From a virus (Duplodnaviria > Heunggongvirae > Uroviricota > Caudoviricetes), in the IMG/VR virus record IMGVR_UViG_3300020156_000001, positions 330,321 through 394,320 of that record: a DNA stretch of 64,000 nt, one strand, 5' to 3'. The position numbers and the translations under genes are program-made. Of the stretch, positions 1 to 9,621 are shown piece by piece (position 1 is the stretch's first letter; the number at the start of each line of letters is the position of its first letter). Below the pieces are notes generated by a model. That model was not told the origin of the DNA and did no database searches. It saw only the letters and a list, made by a program, of their open reading frames with translations.

Positions 1-2723
1 CTCGCAATGTCTTCATTGATCTTGTTTAGATCAGCAAGACGGTCACGGATGATCTGGCTGCTATCCTTTTCAAAGTCTGCAGACGAACGAATTGCCTGAT
101 GGATCTGGCTGAGAAGCGAAACCATCGCTTTTAGTGTGGCGTCATTTTGTGTTTGGCCCGATGTAAGAGCAGCAATTATCGCAGCGGTATCCAACTGTGT
201 TTGGTTTGCAATGGTTTGCGCTTGTGGTTCCTTTACATCGTTTGTTGCGACTTGAAGTGCCTGCTTTTGAATCTCACTGATGTTGGGCATCATGCCCTGC
301 ATAATCGCCTGTTGGGCTTTCATAGCTTCAGTTTGCGATTGCACGTTTTCCGAAATCTTATCCTCAGGCTTATCCTTTGGTTCCGGTGGTGGTTCTACTT
401 TTACTGGTGCTACTTCAACTGGCTTTTGTTCCTTTTCTTCGGGTAGATTTTCCACCTTTACCGGAGCAACTTCAATTGGCTTGTCGTCTTTCTTTTCCTC
501 AACCGGATCTGCACCATCACGGGTAACATAGGCACCATTTTTGTCGCGCTTGTCTTCGTCAATGGCTACCTTGCCGGCCTTTTCGTCCTCTGTGAGATCA
601 ACCCACTCACCGTTCTTCTTTTTCTTCTCTTGCTTACCAGACCAATAGTTTTTGCCCTGATTAGGACCGGCTTCGATTTGTCCTGAAAGGATGTTCGTAT
701 TGAACATATCCCAAAAACCTTCGGTTTTCTTTCTAAACGAAGCCCATGCGTCCTTGGATTCTTGGCTGATATTTTCACGAACAAGTTCAGCGCCTTTGTC
801 TGCGATTTGGTTGCCAACTTCAGCACCTACAAGTGCTGCGCCAACTGCCATCCCTGCAGGGCCTGCCTTGGAGGCAAGATTTGCTGCGGGTCCGGCAAGG
901 CTTGGAAGCAGTTTTAGTGCGTTTGTGATAACGCTGGAGAGACCCTTGAACAAACTCGTCGTGAGAAACTTGGTAAGATCGAAAATGCCTTTGGTGAGAG
1001 ATCCAATTGGGCTCAAGATGGCTTTTGCAAGACCTGCCACTGCGGAGAAGAAAATACCACCGATAAACTTTGCCGCCATAGTGGCAGCACCGCCAACAAG
1101 AGCTCCACCGGCAAGCAACCCAGAAACAGCAAGCAAAGCATTTTCAAAACCACCGAGCCAGCTAATGCTATCGCGGAACCATTGAACAAATCCCGCGGCG
1201 CCTTCGATAACTGAGCCATTTATAAACTCACCAAAGCGTTTCATTGGATCCCAAATCAACTCAGTGAGAATGTCTTGGAAACCTGCGGCAAACTGACGTA
1301 AAGTTTCCTCTACCTTTAGAAGACCCTTTGTAAGTTGATCGGTGATATTATTGCCGGTATCGGCTTTTTGAACATCACCTTGCTTAATCTTTTGCAAACC
1401 CTGTACCATTCGGTTACGAGCAGCAAATTGTTCACTATCTTGGGCCAATTGCGCCGCTTGCTTGTGTCCAAGTCGGCTTTGTTCGGTGTTCTCATGCAAC
1501 AGCGCACCAAGGGCTTGAATGCGCGTGTTTACTTCATCCTCTGTTAGCGTTCCCTTGTTAATTTCGCGGGTTAGTTCAACAACAGATCTCTGAAATTCAG
1601 GTGGCATATTGGCTAGAACTACAGCACTTTCGCCTCTAATATTTCCTTCATTAAGGATACCATTCTTTAGCATTGCGTTAAGTTCAGGAATGCTTTCAGT
1701 CATAGCCAGCGCCTTGTTATAGGCTTTTGCTTGCTCACTGTTTTGATCCCAACCCTGACCTTGTGCAAATACTGAAGCATTTGCATCTTGTGCTGCTCGC
1801 TGTTGAGCTTTCAAAGCTTCATCACGGGTTTGACCCATAATGTAGGCAATTTCGTTGCTGGACTCAATTAGATCTTTGATGCCCTTGGCCATTTCCTCTT
1901 CGGAACGGTTCTGCATGAGGCCGCCCTGGTTGGACATCATATCCAAGTAGGAATTTTGGGCGTCAACCATTTGCTGCATGGTCATACCATAATAGCCAAG
2001 GCTGCGGGATTGATCCTTAACTGTTTTATAAAGTTGTGCCCATGGCTGAGCACCCATTAGTCGCGTGCCCTGTGTGCCCTTGGCAATAGCATCGGCAAAT
2101 TCCTGCGCACCCAAAGCGGATGTACTCATTGCTTGTCGAAGTTCGTCAATGGAACCAATCGTACCTTCGGCCGAGCCGATCAGTGTTTGAAACGCACCAA
2201 CGTTTTCATCCACCATTGCGCCAAACGTACCAAGTGCGGTGTTACCCAAACCCACACTGTGCATGAATCCGCCAATGGTTCCATCAAGCTTGCCCATATT
2301 TTTGGCAAAAGTGAGGGATGAATTCACAATAGTATCAGAAAACTTACCAATATTGAGAAGAGAACCACCAAGGGCTGAGCCAAACGACTTGAGTTCCTTG
2401 GCTGGAATATCGTTGAGTGGTCCCTGATTTGGTCCCGCGCCCATTCCAGACTCGGCAAGATCTTCAAGGTTCTCGTTTATCTTTTGGAAAATACTAAGCT
2501 GGTCCAGACGTTTAACCAGCTCGTCCGCTAGCTCTTCGTTGTTCTTCTTAGCTTGTACACGATCTTTCTTGTCTGCGTTCTTTGAGTTTTCATCCAAACG
2601 CTTGATAGCATCCTCGACCGCTTTTAGCTTTTCAACGATGTTATCGTCACCCTTGGTATTGGCAAGGCGATCAGCGAGGTTTTGGAAAATTCTCCGCAAC
2701 TCTTCAGTTTCAAACTCAGCCAT
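1..2723 (-). CDS. Tape-measure / baseplate-hub (gp29-like) protein, 3' end runs off the window (>900 aa)
   Basis: Not in the ORF track because it is truncated. ATG at 2723 with GGAGG RBS (2729-2733) and TAAATA (2747-2752, minus). Reads MAEFETEELRRIFQNLADRLANTKG... and the same frame reads ...IIRDRLADLNKINEDIA at base 1. Helical, Ala/Gly-rich, divergent from baseplate hub genes. Confidence 0.7.
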   Translation of the reverse strand, partial: MAEFETEELRRIFQNLADRLANTKGDDNIVEKLKAVEDAIKRLDENSKNADKKDRVQAKKNNEELADELVKRLDQLSIFQKINENLEDLAESGMGAGPNQGPLNDIPAKELKSFGSALGGSLLNIGKFSDTIVNSSLTFAKNMGKLDGTIGGFMHSVGLGNTALGTFGAMVDENVGAFQTLIGSAEGTIGSIDELRQAMSTSALGAQEFADAIAKGTQGTRLMGAQPWAQLYKTVKDQSRSLGYYGMTMQQMVDAQNSYLDMMSNQGGLMQNRSEEEMAKGIKDLIESSNEIAYIMGQTRDEALKAQQRAAQDANASVFAQGQGWDQNSEQAKAYNKALAMTESIPELNAMLKNGILNEGNIRGESAVVLANMPPEFQRSVVELTREINKGTLTEDEVNTRIQALGALLHENTEQSRLGHKQAAQLAQDSEQFAARNRMVQGLQKIKQGDVQKADTGNNITDQLTKGLLKVEETLRQFAAGFQDILTELIWDPMKRFGEFINGSVIEGAAGFVQWFRDSISWLGGFENALLAVSGLLAGGALVGGAATMAAKFIGGIFFSAVAGLAKAILSPIGSLTKGIFDLTKFLTTSLFKGLSSVITNALKLLPSLAGPAANLASKAGPAGMAVGAALVGAEVGNQIADKGAELVRENISQESKDAWASFRKKTEGFWDMFNTNILSGQIEAGPNQGKNYWSGKQEKKKKNGEWVDLTEDEKAGKVAIDEDKRDKNGAYVTRDGADPVEEKKDDKPIEVAPVKVENLPEEKEQKPVEVAPVKVEPPPEPKDKPEDKISENVQSQTEAMKAQQAIMQGMMPNISEIQKQALQVATNDVKEPQAQTIANQTQLDTAAIIAALTSGQTQNDATLKAMVSLLSQIHQAIRSSADFEKDSSQIIRDRLADLNKINEDIA

Positions 2724-2746
2724 GGCTACCTCCGGGTGTTACCTAT

Positions 2747-2790
2747 TATTTACCCTTACATAAACCTAGAGGTTAACCACGTACTAAATA
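2747..2790. promoter_or_regulatory. Back-to-back late promoters (TAAATA on minus 2747-2752 and plus 2785-2790)
   Basis: T4-like late promoter core upstream of both divergent structural genes; a gp55-like sigma is encoded in the window. Confidence 0.6.
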
Positions 2791-2814
2791 CGTATGTAGG
2801 TTAAGGAGCATCTC

Positions 2815-3654
2815 ATGGATCAGAACAACCCATTGAATCAATATTTTCGCGTGCCAGGATTGCATGTGTCGTTGCCAAGCGGTGGCGCATTTACTCCACC
2901 GAATGAAATTGAACTCAGTATTACGGGTGAGCTTGCTGTTTATCCAATGGCTGCCAAGGATGAAATTTGGGCTAAGAATCCAGATGGTCTACTAAACGGG
3001 TATTCAATCGAGAAGATCATTATGTCTTGCGTGCCTGGGATTAAAAACCCACGCAAGCTTCCAAACCAAGACATTGATTATCTACTGTTGGCTATCAAGA
3101 AGGCAACGTTTGGGAACAAGTTGGTAATCACCAACAAATGCCCCAAGTGCGACCAAGCTCACGATTACGAATGTCTAGTTGATGATATTATGGCAACAAG
3201 CCGTCCTTTGGAACCCGAGTATACGGTGCGCCTGAATGATGAGCTTATTGCCAAGATTCGTCCCTATGACTATGAAGCTGCAACCCGTACGAATCTTGCA
3301 GCGTTTGAGGAAACCAAGCTAATTCAAGCCGTGCTTGGTGCAAACATGAATGGGCAGGATCGTATCAAAACGTTCTCAATGAGCTTTGAGAAGATTGCCA
3401 ACTTGAACTTGGACTTGATCACCGATTGCGTTGTTAGCATTATTAGCCCAACGGCGGAAGTTACCAACCGCAAGCATATTAAGGAATTCCTACAAAACGC
3501 TCCCAAGCAGTATATCAGCGCGATCAACGAAGCAATGAAGGTGTTCCAAGAAACTGGCATCGATCGTAGCATTCACTTGGTTTGCCACACAGAGGGTTGT
3601 GGTCATGAATGGACTTCGGAAATCTCATTCGATCCTAGCCATTTTTTCGCATGA
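2815..3654 (+). CDS. Baseplate hub assembly protein (T4 gp26-like)
   Basis: NPLNQYFR..LPSGG N-terminus, MAAKDE, CPKC and CxxxxC motifs; AAGGAG RBS; followed by a gp51-like gene. Confidence 0.7.
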   Translation: MDQNNPLNQYFRVPGLHVSLPSGGAFTPPNEIELSITGELAVYPMAAKDEIWAKNPDGLLNGYSIEKIIMSCVPGIKNPRKLPNQDIDYLLLAIKKATFGNKLVITNKCPKCDQAHDYECLVDDIMATSRPLEPEYTVRLNDELIAKIRPYDYEAATRTNLAAFEETKLIQAVLGANMNGQDRIKTFSMSFEKIANLNLDLITDCVVSIISPTAEVTNRKHIKEFLQNAPKQYISAINEAMKVFQETGIDRSIHLVCHTEGCGHEWTSEISFDPSHFFA

Positions 3655-3881
3655 GGCTCTTGTCAACAAATGATCCCGAAGTTATCCTAAGGATCATTGA
3701 CACTTACAAAAAAGAGACAAGAGCCCTTATAGATCAGATTCACGAAATATGCTGGTACATGCGCGGTGGTATCACACGTGAGGACGCATACAATCTGAGC
3801 TATGATGAACGCGCTAGTATTGTCAAACTGATTGACTCGAATATCAAGCGGGTTAACGAAACCCGCTTGCCACTACTTTAA
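3651..3881 (+). CDS. Baseplate hub assembly chaperone (gp51-like)
   Basis: CWYMRGGIT..AYNLSYDER motif; ATGA overlap with the gp26-like gene. Confidence 0.55.
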   Translation: MRLLSTNDPEVILRIIDTYKKETRALIDQIHEICWYMRGGITREDAYNLSYDERASIVKLIDSNIKRVNETRLPLL

Positions 3882-4082
3882 TTTAAAGCTAACCAGCGGC
3901 GGGGCCAAGCTCGGACCATCCTGTTGCTGAGGATCCCAGTTATATGGGTAAGCAATGGAACTAAAAGCAGAAATTGCTTTGTTTGCCTCGGCAACTGTTT
4001 GAAATTGCCAAACAGCCTTACCAAGAGAAAACTTAATAAACTCACCACCGAGAGTTTCAAGCTGTTCTACATCGTATTCCAT
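3873..4082 (-). CDS. Hypothetical protein (start MEYDVEQ)
   Basis: AGGAGA RBS at 4089-4094 and TTGACA-16-TAGATT promoter at 4106-4133. Confidence 0.55.
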   Translation of the reverse strand: MEYDVEQLETLGGEFIKFSLGKAVWQFQTVAEANKAISAFSSIAYPYNWDPQQQDGPSLAPPLVSFKLK

Positions 4083-4136
4083 TTGCAATCTCCTGTTTGT
4101 TCCTAAATCTAACATAAACAGGAAGGCTGTCAAGCC

Positions 4137-4430
4137 TTAATCTCGAAGGCAAGCCTCGAGCATAGGCTTGCGATAAGAATCCAGCCAAGCATACCGCTCA
4201 GCGTTTGCCTTGCATTGCTTCTTTTGCTGTTCAAAGAATTCCTCTGGAAGCTCCGGAACAGGAATACAAACGCGATCCGTTAGATCACCAGGAAGTGCTT
4301 TACTGGAACGGCAAGTGGCAGCATCACGGAAATAATGCTGGAACATTTGCTCATCGTGCTTGCCGGTTTCAATAGAAACACCAACCCACGAAAAGCTTAC
4401 CGCGGCCATTGTGATGAGAATATTTGACAT
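4137..4430 (-). CDS. Hypothetical protein, possibly exported, Cys-containing
   Basis: GAGG RBS, hydrophobic N-terminus, 4 Cys. Confidence 0.55.
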   Translation of the reverse strand: MSNILITMAAVSFSWVGVSIETGKHDEQMFQHYFRDAATCRSSKALPGDLTDRVCIPVPELPEEFFEQQKKQCKANAERYAWLDSYRKPMLEACLRD

Positions 4431-4488
4431 AGAAAAACCTCTTGAATTGCTTCAAGAGGATTAAAATGCGCCTAGGACAAAGTCAATA

Positions 4489-4875
4489 TTAAACGATGCC
4501 CTTTTCCAAATACGTTCCAGCACGATTGGTAGCGCGTGGCGTATGGGTAAGCTTGGCATTCAATTCGTAGTTGATCTTCATAAACTCTGCCTTGAACGGA
4601 AGAAACGACTTTTCCTTGATCGCCCAAAGATTTGCTGCTTGGTTGATAACTGTGATGTTATCGCCGAGGAATTCAACATCCTTGTAGTTGCGTTCCTTGG
4701 CAATAGTTGCTGCCCAAAGCAGTGCAGACCATTCCGCAATGTTGTTGGTGCCGTACCCGAGATCGAATACGGTCATTGGCTGAGGAGCACCATCGCCAAT
4801 GATTACGATGCAGATTTCCATGTTTCCAGGATTTGGCTTGCATCCTCCGTCGAAGTAAATTTGAATTTTGCTCAT
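4489..4875 (-). CDS. rnhA: Ribonuclease HI-like protein
   Basis: YFDGGCKPNPG, TNNIAEW, FLGDN motifs; GGAG RBS. Confidence 0.8.
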   Translation of the reverse strand: MSKIQIYFDGGCKPNPGNMEICIVIIGDGAPQPMTVFDLGYGTNNIAEWSALLWAATIAKERNYKDVEFLGDNITVINQAANLWAIKEKSFLPFKAEFMKINYELNAKLTHTPRATNRAGTYLEKGIV

Positions 4876-4954
4876 AGCGTGGTTGTCTCCAGGCGTTTTT
4901 ATTTTCCTCTTTTATAACAGAAATAACCCCGGAAATCAAGTCAGAACTTTCCAT

Positions 4955-5810
4955 TTATAGTGGAAATCACGCATAGCGTATTCATAGCAAGCATATCACG
5001 GATACCGTTAAGCAGAGGGTATTCCCACGGGAATACACCTAAACCAGTAAGTTTCGGTTCTACTCGTAAACTCGCAGTCCTCAACTTACTGGTTTAAGCT
5101 TTCAGCTAATCTATTAGAGCTTTTACTTCCCCAACTACGAATCAGTTATAACCCCTGGCATTGAGCGGATGAGCGGAAGCGAATAGAAGCGAAAATGCCT
5201 AATTATCCATTTCGGCGTAGCCGAAATTTATAATCTACCGAATAATATCTTCCAATTTAACCAAGGTACGGGTTCCCCCGGATGCGGGGAAACAGGCAAA
5301 AGGCGCACATGGGCTGGCATGTACGGATGTAAGGGGGCTAGGTCTGACTTGATCCCCTGGGTGTTACCACCACTATCCGCAGTTCCTAAAATTTCAAGTG
5401 AAAGTTTATCAGGACGGTCGTTGGTTCGTTAGACCAACAATTAACCCCATTCCTTATGCTCATACCAGCGGCTACGGAATGGGTTCGGTACTGCTTAGTC
5501 ACAGTACCACTAGACACGAATCGCATTTATCGATTCCACTAAACTGATCCCATTCTTCGGGGACAAGCTTAGATTCCCACAACTACCAAGGCATGATTTG
5601 TACGTTTCGCAGCCCTAATAGTGTATCGACGTCGTGCGCCGACAAATAGGAACGCTCCATCGTTCCTAAGTGGTAATGCCCGGGAGTTCACCCCTATTTT
5701 TGTTTTATTTGCGGGCAAGCCCTCAAAGAGGGAATTCAATTTGGAGTATTTGGGGGAGATGTCTCTGAGGGAGCCTTATTAGAAGCCAAGATGCATAATG
5801 CAACGTTCCA
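4955..5810 (-). ncRNA. Candidate long structured non-coding RNA or replication origin
   Basis: No credible ORF over about 900 nt, at least 10 hairpins, and a minus-strand promoter at 5811-5839. Confidence 0.4.
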
Positions 5811-5839
5811 GTTATACGAGTTTAGGAAGTCCAAAGCAA
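5811..5839 (-). promoter_or_regulatory. Sigma70-type promoter TTGCTT-17-TATAAC
   Basis: Reverse complement of 5811-5839; points into the structured non-coding region. Confidence 0.55.
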
Positions 5840-5853
5840 GATAAAAGCACGCA

Positions 5854-5861
5854 TATAAATA
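5854..5861 (+). promoter_or_regulatory. Late promoter TATAAATA
   Basis: Exact T4 late consensus about 33 nt upstream of the resolvase ATG. Confidence 0.6.
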
Positions 5862-5893
5862 TCTAAAAGTTCATCTATTTATGGAATCCAAAA

Positions 5894-6418
5894 ATGACTA
5901 GTAAGCAAAAAGCAAAAGGCAATTCTTGGGAACTAGCCATCTGCAAATTTCTCGGGGAACACTTGGGTGGCCACTGGATGCGTGTTCCAAACTCGGGCGC
6001 GTATGTGGGCGGTAAAAACGTAACCCGCAAAGTGCTGTTGGATTCCGGACAAGTTCGCATGGTAAAGGGCGATATCATCGCTCCTGAAAATCTTCCAAAG
6101 ATGAACTTGGAAGCCAAGAACTACAAGGACATCGCGTTCCACCAGATTATCGATGGTTGCTGCAAACAACTCAACGATTGGATTGATCAAACTGAAACAC
6201 CTGCCGAGCCGGGCGATCTCAGCTTGACCATTTTTAAGATCACGCGCAAGGGTAGCTGGGTTGCATTCCGTGAATCGCTCAAGGACAAGTTTGAACTCAA
6301 GTCGTACGTTCACTATCAAAAGACCGATGACACCGCTTATATTGTCACCGACTATGAGTCCTTTGTGATTGCCAACAAGGAAAAACTTATTGAACTAGGA
6401 GCAAAGGGTACTGCATAA
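5894..6418 (+). CDS. Holliday-junction-resolvase-like PD-(D/E)xK nuclease
   Basis: KxKGxxWE, RVPNSGA, GDII, EAKNY motifs typical of Hjc-like phage resolvases. Confidence 0.75.
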   Translation: MTSKQKAKGNSWELAICKFLGEHLGGHWMRVPNSGAYVGGKNVTRKVLLDSGQVRMVKGDIIAPENLPKMNLEAKNYKDIAFHQIIDGCCKQLNDWIDQTETPAEPGDLSLTIFKITRKGSWVAFRESLKDKFELKSYVHYQKTDDTAYIVTDYESFVIANKEKLIELGAKGTA

Positions 6419-6442
6419 TAGGTAAAATTTAAGGAATTATCT

Positions 6443-6802
6443 ATGAGCAACACCAATCGTCCTCGTCCACTAAAGCTGAAGAAGCTCCCCAAAGGAATCT
6501 TCCGTTGGAAGGTTTGCTTTAAGATCGCCCCAGGTCATGGTCTCTCTTACTGGGACCGTTACCACGATGAAGATTTTACTCTGCCGGAAAGTGTATTCAC
6601 CTTCCTAAAGGACCAATGCGCGGGCAAGTATTGCCTGCATGAGCTGGGCAGCACAAAGATAAAAACTCGTTGGGATGAGCCCACCTATAAAAAGTACGAT
6701 TACTTGCTATTCGAGAATCAGTTTGACGTGACCATGTTCAAACTCACACATGGTTACTTGATTCGGCGCATTTACAAGATTGTGCTTGAAGGTGAAGAAT
6801 AA
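6443..6802 (+). CDS. Hypothetical protein (FKL-motif family)
   Basis: AAGGA RBS; FENQFDVTMFKL motif. Confidence 0.6.
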   Translation: MSNTNRPRPLKLKKLPKGIFRWKVCFKIAPGHGLSYWDRYHDEDFTLPESVFTFLKDQCAGKYCLHELGSTKIKTRWDEPTYKKYDYLLFENQFDVTMFKLTHGYLIRRIYKIVLEGEE

Positions 6803-6803
6803 C

Positions 6804-6831
6804 AAAAAGCCCGCAATTTGCGGGCTTTTTT
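6804..6831. terminator. Bidirectional intrinsic terminator
   Basis: AAAAAGCCCGCAA-T-TTGCGGGCTTTTTT between convergent genes. Confidence 0.85.
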
Positions 6832-6832
6832 A

Positions 6833-7264
6833 TTAGTAGCCCGTGTGCTTGGGCCCTGAGATGTTAATTGTTCGTTTGCGCTCTTCGCGCTCTTTTTCCG
6901 CGGCAAGCCGATCTTTTTCAGCCTGCTCTTCAAGCTTTTCTTCTTCATCCGTGTGCTGCTCAACAAACGCAAATAGCTTGATAAAGCTTTCGTTATCCGT
7001 GAGCTTCCACATGACCAGCTTGCCCGAATTTAACAGGTAAAGCTCGTTTTCTTCCGTGTGAGGATTTTCTTCGAGGAACCAATCTTCTTCTTCAGTGCCA
7101 AGTTCGCGCTTGAGTCGCTTGCGCAGCTGATGCATTTCCATTGCGTTTGTGATAACGTCGTTGGATTTGACCAGTACGGCGCGAACCTTAAAACCCGAAA
7201 AGATCGTTTTCGGATGCCATACCGAATCGTACTTATTGACGAATCTAATTTCGAGTGCTGACAT
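6833..7264 (-). CDS. Hypothetical protein
   Basis: GAGG RBS; 143-aa ORF with a charged C-terminus. Confidence 0.6.
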   Translation of the reverse strand: MSALEIRFVNKYDSVWHPKTIFSGFKVRAVLVKSNDVITNAMEMHQLRKRLKRELGTEEEDWFLEENPHTEENELYLLNSGKLVMWKLTDNESFIKLFAFVEQHTDEEEKLEEQAEKDRLAAEKEREERKRTINISGPKHTGY

Positions 7265-7287
7265 TGTTTGCCTCTAGTAGTGTGATA

Positions 7288-7314
7288 AAGCCGACCCTAC
7301 AACAGAGTCGGCTT
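7288..7314 (-). terminator. Hairpin downstream of the gp46-like gene
   Basis: AAGCCGAC...GTCGGCTT stem. Confidence 0.5.
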
Positions 7315-7322
7315 CTAGTCAA

Positions 7323-9104
7323 TTACATATCGTCGGTAAAACTGACATAAGTGGTAAAGTTGTTTTCCTTTTGAACCACCGCAACACGATCAACTCGTGT
7401 TTCCAAGCCATCCTTGTGCGAGATGAGGAAAATGCTTTTGTTGTTGACCCTGCACATTTCCTTGAGGATTTCCAACGCACTATCCGTACCTGAGCCGTCC
7501 ATACCAGAGTCAACAAGCTCGTCAATGATCAGCAAGTTCAACTTGTGATTCATGCTTTCCCAAACATCGCGGAATGCCCAAGCCAGCGATAGGATAAGTC
7601 GATTTTGCTCACCGTTGCTAAGCTGTTCGAAATCAAAGTCACGACCAAGCTGAGTAATCTCAACACTCAAATCACTCTTGAACTCAACTTCGTGAGGCAA
7701 TTGGAGCTTTGTCAAGTAATGGCCCAAACGGAAGTTCAGGTAGCTTAGGTTCTGATCAATGATCTTCTTACGGATAAAGCTGTCTTTGGAAACCAATAGC
7801 TTCAATAGGAAGTCCTGGTGTTCCTTCATCGTTGTTAGCTCGTTGATATAGTCGAACGAGATTTCCTGTAGTGCGGTTTCACTTAGGTTTGCAATTTGAT
7901 CGATAAACGGATTCTCAACCAGGGTTTCGCGCTCAAGCTCACCGCGCAGCTTATCCAGCTGGCCGCGATGCTCATAAGCTTGCTCAACATTGCGATATGC
8001 AGTTTGCGGACGATCACCAAGAGTTGCTAGAACCTCAGCTAGTTCAACAAGCCCAGTTTCAATACCCGATTGTTCCGAACGCACCACTTTTAGTTCAGCG
8101 CGGATTTCTTCAAGCTCCGAATGGATACGGTTTGCAATGTGGTCATGGTCTTCCGTATGCAAACCCTGCAAGCAAGTTGGACACTTTTGCGAAAGTGCTA
8201 CATCTAGGGAAGAATTCTTCTTTACTTCACTTGCTTCATAGGAGCTTATAGAGCGCACGAGACGGGTGTTTTCACGATCAAGCACCTGCAGTTCCGAGTT
8301 AACCTCATCCCACTGCTTGAGTGCTTTGTGCGCGGCAATTTCCTTCTCGATATCAATCTCTTCAAGCTTGACCAGCGCAGTGGCTAAGTTTTCGATTTTC
8401 TTTTGTTGCTCACGTTCCCATATATTGGATTTAAAATTAAGGTCTCCAATAGCTTTTTGAACGCGATCGTTGGATTCACCAATAGTTTTGATGCGAAGTT
8501 CTTCATTACGAATTTCGTCCTTGATTTCCTTGATCATGTTTTTGAGGAGCTCAGCTTTTTCCGAAAGCTGGGTAATGCTGATAAGTTCCTCGATGATCTC
8601 GCGCTGCTTGTTAGCGGACTCGCTTAGGAATGGAGTAGTTTTCGTATGCAGAGCTACAAGGTGACGGAACAGTGCGTGGCTCATGCCAAACACTTTTTCA
8701 ATTTCCTGTTGTGTGATTTTGCTTTCACCATGCGCTTCATCGGAATCCGGCGCATTTACAAGATCGTCATTTACATAATAGCGAAGGAAGTTTGGTTTAC
8801 GACCACGCTCGATACGATACTGCTTTCCATCCACAGTATAATCAAGCGTAACAGCCATGCCCTTCTGATTCGTTTTGTTGATCAGATTGTCCTTTTTGAT
8901 GTTGGTCAGCGGCTGGCCGTAAATGGCAAATGCAATTGCCTGGACCATCGTAGTTTTACCAACACCATTACGGGAACCACTGGAACCTTGGTCAATGTTT
9001 TCACCAAGGACCAGCGTGAGAGCTGTGTCGTTGAGAAGAATTACCTGAGTATTGTTGCCAACACTCATAAAGTTCTTCATTGTTACGTTGTTGATTATGA
9101 TCAT
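7323..9104 (-). CDS. Recombination exonuclease ATPase subunit (T4 gp46 / Rad50 / SbcC-like)
   Basis: Walker A NGVGKT, coiled coil with CPTC zinc hook, signature LSNGE, Walker B LLIIDE, ISH switch. Confidence 0.93.
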   Translation of the reverse strand: MIIINNVTMKNFMSVGNNTQVILLNDTALTLVLGENIDQGSSGSRNGVGKTTMVQAIAFAIYGQPLTNIKKDNLINKTNQKGMAVTLDYTVDGKQYRIERGRKPNFLRYYVNDDLVNAPDSDEAHGESKITQQEIEKVFGMSHALFRHLVALHTKTTPFLSESANKQREIIEELISITQLSEKAELLKNMIKEIKDEIRNEELRIKTIGESNDRVQKAIGDLNFKSNIWEREQQKKIENLATALVKLEEIDIEKEIAAHKALKQWDEVNSELQVLDRENTRLVRSISSYEASEVKKNSSLDVALSQKCPTCLQGLHTEDHDHIANRIHSELEEIRAELKVVRSEQSGIETGLVELAEVLATLGDRPQTAYRNVEQAYEHRGQLDKLRGELERETLVENPFIDQIANLSETALQEISFDYINELTTMKEHQDFLLKLLVSKDSFIRKKIIDQNLSYLNFRLGHYLTKLQLPHEVEFKSDLSVEITQLGRDFDFEQLSNGEQNRLILSLAWAFRDVWESMNHKLNLLIIDELVDSGMDGSGTDSALEILKEMCRVNNKSIFLISHKDGLETRVDRVAVVQKENNFTTYVSFTDDM

Positions 9105-9136
9105 TCTCTGTCCCTTTGGGATTCTTATGTAATCCC

Positions 9137-9166
9137 ATTATACGAACAGAGTTAACCAGAAAGCAA
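9137..9166 (-). promoter_or_regulatory. Sigma70-type promoter TTGCTT-18-TATAAT
   Basis: Upstream of the gp46-like ATG. Confidence 0.55.
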
Positions 9167-9168
9167 TT

Positions 9169-9600
9169 TTAATCCTCGCGGAGGACTTCAGCTAGGGTGA
9201 TGGGAATTTCCACAACATTTACGTCCATGCGCAGCTTTATAATCGTGGGATGTGGTATATCAGTTTTGGTAAAGGCAATCACATAGGCTTCTTGCTGCCC
9301 AACTAACTGGTGATCACTATTCTCTTCAATTAGGTGCGCAACGTCAGTCCGCAAATTGTTAATGCGTCTGGTGTATTGGAAATAATTTTCGTTTATTTCT
9401 GATTGGAAGTTGGTTTCGCCATGCTCGTTGATAGCGTTGACCCAATCATTGAAATAAAAGACGTAACAGCGTTTGAAGGCCGTAATCGCTTCCCAAGGCG
9501 CGTTAGCCTTTGCAATACAATCGGCAATATCGTTGAATAGCCTGGAGTTTTGATCTTCAAGCTGTTCAACGAAATATTCGGGCTGAGGAAACTGTATCAT
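9169..9600 (-). CDS. Hypothetical protein
   Basis: AAGGAG RBS; 143-aa ORF. Confidence 0.6.
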   Translation of the reverse strand: MIQFPQPEYFVEQLEDQNSRLFNDIADCIAKANAPWEAITAFKRCYVFYFNDWVNAINEHGETNFQSEINENYFQYTRRINNLRTDVAHLIEENSDHQLVGQQEAYVIAFTKTDIPHPTIIKLRMDVNVVEIPITLAEVLRED

Positions 9601-9621
9601 ATGGGCTCCTTTGAACCCATA

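Noticed and set aside
147-2763. Short plus- and minus-strand ORFs listed in the track at the left end
   Set aside because: They overlap the long minus-strand tape-measure-like frame starting at 2723.
4955-5870. tRNA, tmRNA, CRISPR array or self-splicing intron in the non-coding gap
   Set aside because: D-loop-like (AGTGGTAA) and GGTTCG fragments do not assemble into a cloverleaf. There are no regularly spaced direct repeats, the flanking genes look complete, and I recognised no intron core.
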